Positions 62,324 through 64,000 of a DNA stretch of 64,000 nucleotides are shown here, one piece after another. Position numbers and translations under genes: made by a program. Numbering within the stretch: position 1 is the first letter of the stretch; every line of letters starts with the position of its first letter. Under the pieces are notes generated by a model that did not search any database, was not told the origin of the DNA, and saw only the letters and a list, made by a program, of their open reading frames with translations. This DNA is from Naegleria gruberi (Eukaryota), in NCBI GenBank assembly GCA_000004985.1, contig GG738903.1. The stretch is one strand, 5' to 3'.

Positions 62324-62872
62324 TTTTTTTTAAAATTATTTGTAAAGAATATTGTAAAGTTAGGGTGGTGAGGATTAACAGATTCATTTTGATAACATTA
62401 TCAATGGCATTGTTGATTTTATTTCGAATAAAGTGGAGACAGATACAGTTGACATGTTCTCTGTTTGACATTGAAATGATGTATCAGCCATTATCAGAGT
62501 ATATGGCCAATGGTTCTTGAATTGTATGACAAAATCCTCATCTCATCTGCATTGAGTTGTGTTCTATATTCAGTCTCTTCTTTAATTTGTCCATTTTTGT
62601 AGAAAGATTCATGAAGTTTGTTTATTCGAATAAAAAGAATTTAAAAATTTTTGGTGTTTTTGAATTCTATACAAGTCGAACAGGTATTCGTTAAAAAACT
62701 GTGGTTAACATCTCTGATGCGAAGTATTTATCAACTTTCTCTTCATGGATGCAATATACGAAACCATCTGAAAGGGAGGTTTAAAAACTGGATAATTGTA
62801 TCACTTTAAATAGGGAGGATAAACTTCTTTCAACATCTTTCCTTAGTCTTTAGAGCATTAAAAGAAAAAAGA

Positions 62873-63286
62873 ATGAAAACCAATTCAATGGATCGCTTAT
62901 TTGATAATTTGATGAGATTATACTTGACATTGCTGGCAGAAACTCAAACTAATCTTGAACAAATACAAGTTGATAAAACAATAAGTGCCAGTAATCCACA
63001 AGTGTTGGAAGAAAACCAAAAAGTTTCCACTCAGACATCGTACGAAACATCTAATGTAGACAATGATTCGAATAATGTAATTTGTGATACAATCTCGCAA
63101 AGCGAACCACTTCCAAGTAATAGAAACGAAAGCTCATCTACCGATCATACAAACAATAGGACTGAATTGAATTTTGTAATAGTTAGTGCCTCGACCATTT
63201 CAGAGAAATGTTATTCGAAAGTTAAAAGAGGAAGAGGAAGACCAAGAAAAAATACACTAAACAATAATAACAATACCAACAAATAA
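62873..63286 (+). CDS. small AT-hook protein (137 aa)
   Basis: ATG at 62873. The C-terminal KVKRGRGRPRKNTLNNNNNTNK contains an AT-hook core (RGRGRPRK). Confidence 0.45.
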   Translation: MKTNSMDRLFDNLMRLYLTLLAETQTNLEQIQVDKTISASNPQVLEENQKVSTQTSYETSNVDNDSNNVICDTISQSEPLPSNRNESSSTDHTNNRTELNFVIVSASTISEKCYSKVKRGRGRPRKNTLNNNNNTNK

Positions 63287-63438
63287 TCATTTCAATCCTT
63301 GATCGATTTCTCTTCCAATTCTCAAGTTCTTTGTTGATTCCAATAGTTTTGTGCTATTCGAAACTGCATACCATAAATTTCTCAATCACTATTGTTTTTG
63401 ATTGAATGAAATTTACTAATAAAAAATAGCTCAACCGT

Positions 63439-64000
63439 ATGAAACGTTTCTCTTGTGCACTTTCGAATACCTTTAAATTCGTCCAACCTAGACGAACGTT
63501 GCCGAATACTTTAAACAAGAATAATTTACGCAATTCCTTCCGATCCTTTCACACTAATTTTCCAATTTTTAATCAAAATGATCGAAATGCAAATGAGACT
63601 CAGAATCTTATAGACGAAATTTCCAAAGCAATTCGTGAACAACAATATTCGAAAGCGAAACAAACTCTCCGAGGATTAACCAAGAATTGGTTGGGATTTT
63701 ACAAATTCGATGATAATCAATTAGCTCTTTATTTACAGAGTTTAGTCTTGTTGGATTGTTCGAATAATGATGAACGAAAGATGAATCTAACACCCTTGCT
63801 ATTAGCTTCGAATAATGGCTATAAGAAAGCTCACTTAATGCTTGCAACTATGGCTTATTTGAAGGATTCCAATTTGGAGAATGAAAATTATAGAGTTTAT
63901 TTGAAGGAATTTGACGAAAGTGTGGATTGGAATGACGAAACATTGGTTCAATTGACCATTGAATCACATTTAAAAGAATTAATCCAACAATTTGATTCGA
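63439..64000 (+). CDS. 5'-partial view of a gene running off the window (at least 187 codons, no stop), presequence-like N-terminus
   Basis: ATG at 63439 (MKRFSCALSNTFKFVQPRRTLPNTLNKNNLRNSFRSFHTNFPIF...). The frame stays open to 64000 and is absent from the ORF track, presumably because it has no stop inside the window. The opposite-strand ORF 63608–63847 looks spurious. Confidence 0.45.
   Translation, partial: MKRFSCALSNTFKFVQPRRTLPNTLNKNNLRNSFRSFHTNFPIFNQNDRNANETQNLIDEISKAIREQQYSKAKQTLRGLTKNWLGFYKFDDNQLALYLQSLVLLDCSNNDERKMNLTPLLLASNNGYKKAHLMLATMAYLKDSNLENENYRVYLKEFDESVDWNDETLVQLTIESHLKELIQQFDS

Noticed and set aside
63608-63847. 79-aa minus-strand ORF
   Set aside because: It is antisense to a much longer open plus-strand frame (63439 to the window end) that has an ATG and a presequence-like N-terminus.
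1-64000. Prokaryotic or giant-virus origin (AT-rich, many LRR/F-box/ankyrin-like genes, tRNAs)
   Set aside because: Several genes require canonical GT…AG spliceosomal introns to restore conserved motifs: CTP synthase, CDK, OSCP, the GNHE phosphoesterase and NF-YB. The tRNAs and 5S rRNA are eukaryotic nuclear types with Pol III T-run terminators. No CRISPR array, operon structure or Shine-Dalgarno pattern is present.

Overview
This is an AT-rich (about 30% GC), gene-dense stretch of eukaryotic nuclear DNA. I count about 45 protein-coding genes on both strands, many separated by only tens to a few hundred bp.

Many genes have short spliceosomal introns of 37–290 nt. Donors are GTAAGT, GTTTGT, GTATGT, GTAGGT, GTACGT or GTGAGC, and acceptors are YAG. 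The supplied ORF track clearly accepts TTG and GTG as starts, so I re-derived ATG starts and exon junctions by hand. Hand-derived coordinates may be off by ±1–2 nt in places.

RNA genes found: tRNA-Lys(CUU), tRNA-Ala(AGC) and tRNA-Gly(UCC), each followed by an oligo-T Pol III terminator; a second tRNA-Lys copy with an internal T-arm deletion (pseudogene); and a dispersed 5S rRNA gene.

Recognisable proteins include CTP synthase, a CDK (PSTSIRE), the ATP synthase OSCP subunit with a mitochondrial presequence, NF-YB/HAP3, a Gal4-type Zn2Cys6 transcription factor with a 'fungal_trans'-like region, and DUSP, NIF/FCP1-like and GNHE metallophosphoesterase phosphatases. Others are a P4H-like 2OG oxygenase, RCC1, Kelch and NHL propellers, a GNAT, a DUF676 esterase, a GT-B glycosyltransferase, a KefG/MdaB-like flavodoxin-fold protein, and several F-box/LRR proteins.

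The Zn2Cys6 factor, the dispersed 5S gene, the intron style and the OSCP gene (which rules out an amitochondriate amoeba) point to an AT-rich early-diverging fungus or a similar mitochondriate protist. That lineage call is low-confidence inference.

The most unusual items are: an F-box/LRR protein fused to a PI3K-type helical/catalytic-like module; a catalytically degenerate EF1A paralog; a presequence-bearing bacterial-type dynamin-like GTPase; an F-box::Rab-like fusion; a tandem pair of IIGP-like GTPases; a metallophosphoesterase ORF and an NHL ORF in the same frame separated by one stop codon; a MITE-like element plus a 32-bp perfect hairpin just upstream of tRNA-Gly; and a 1.9-kb non-coding island with tandem repeats.
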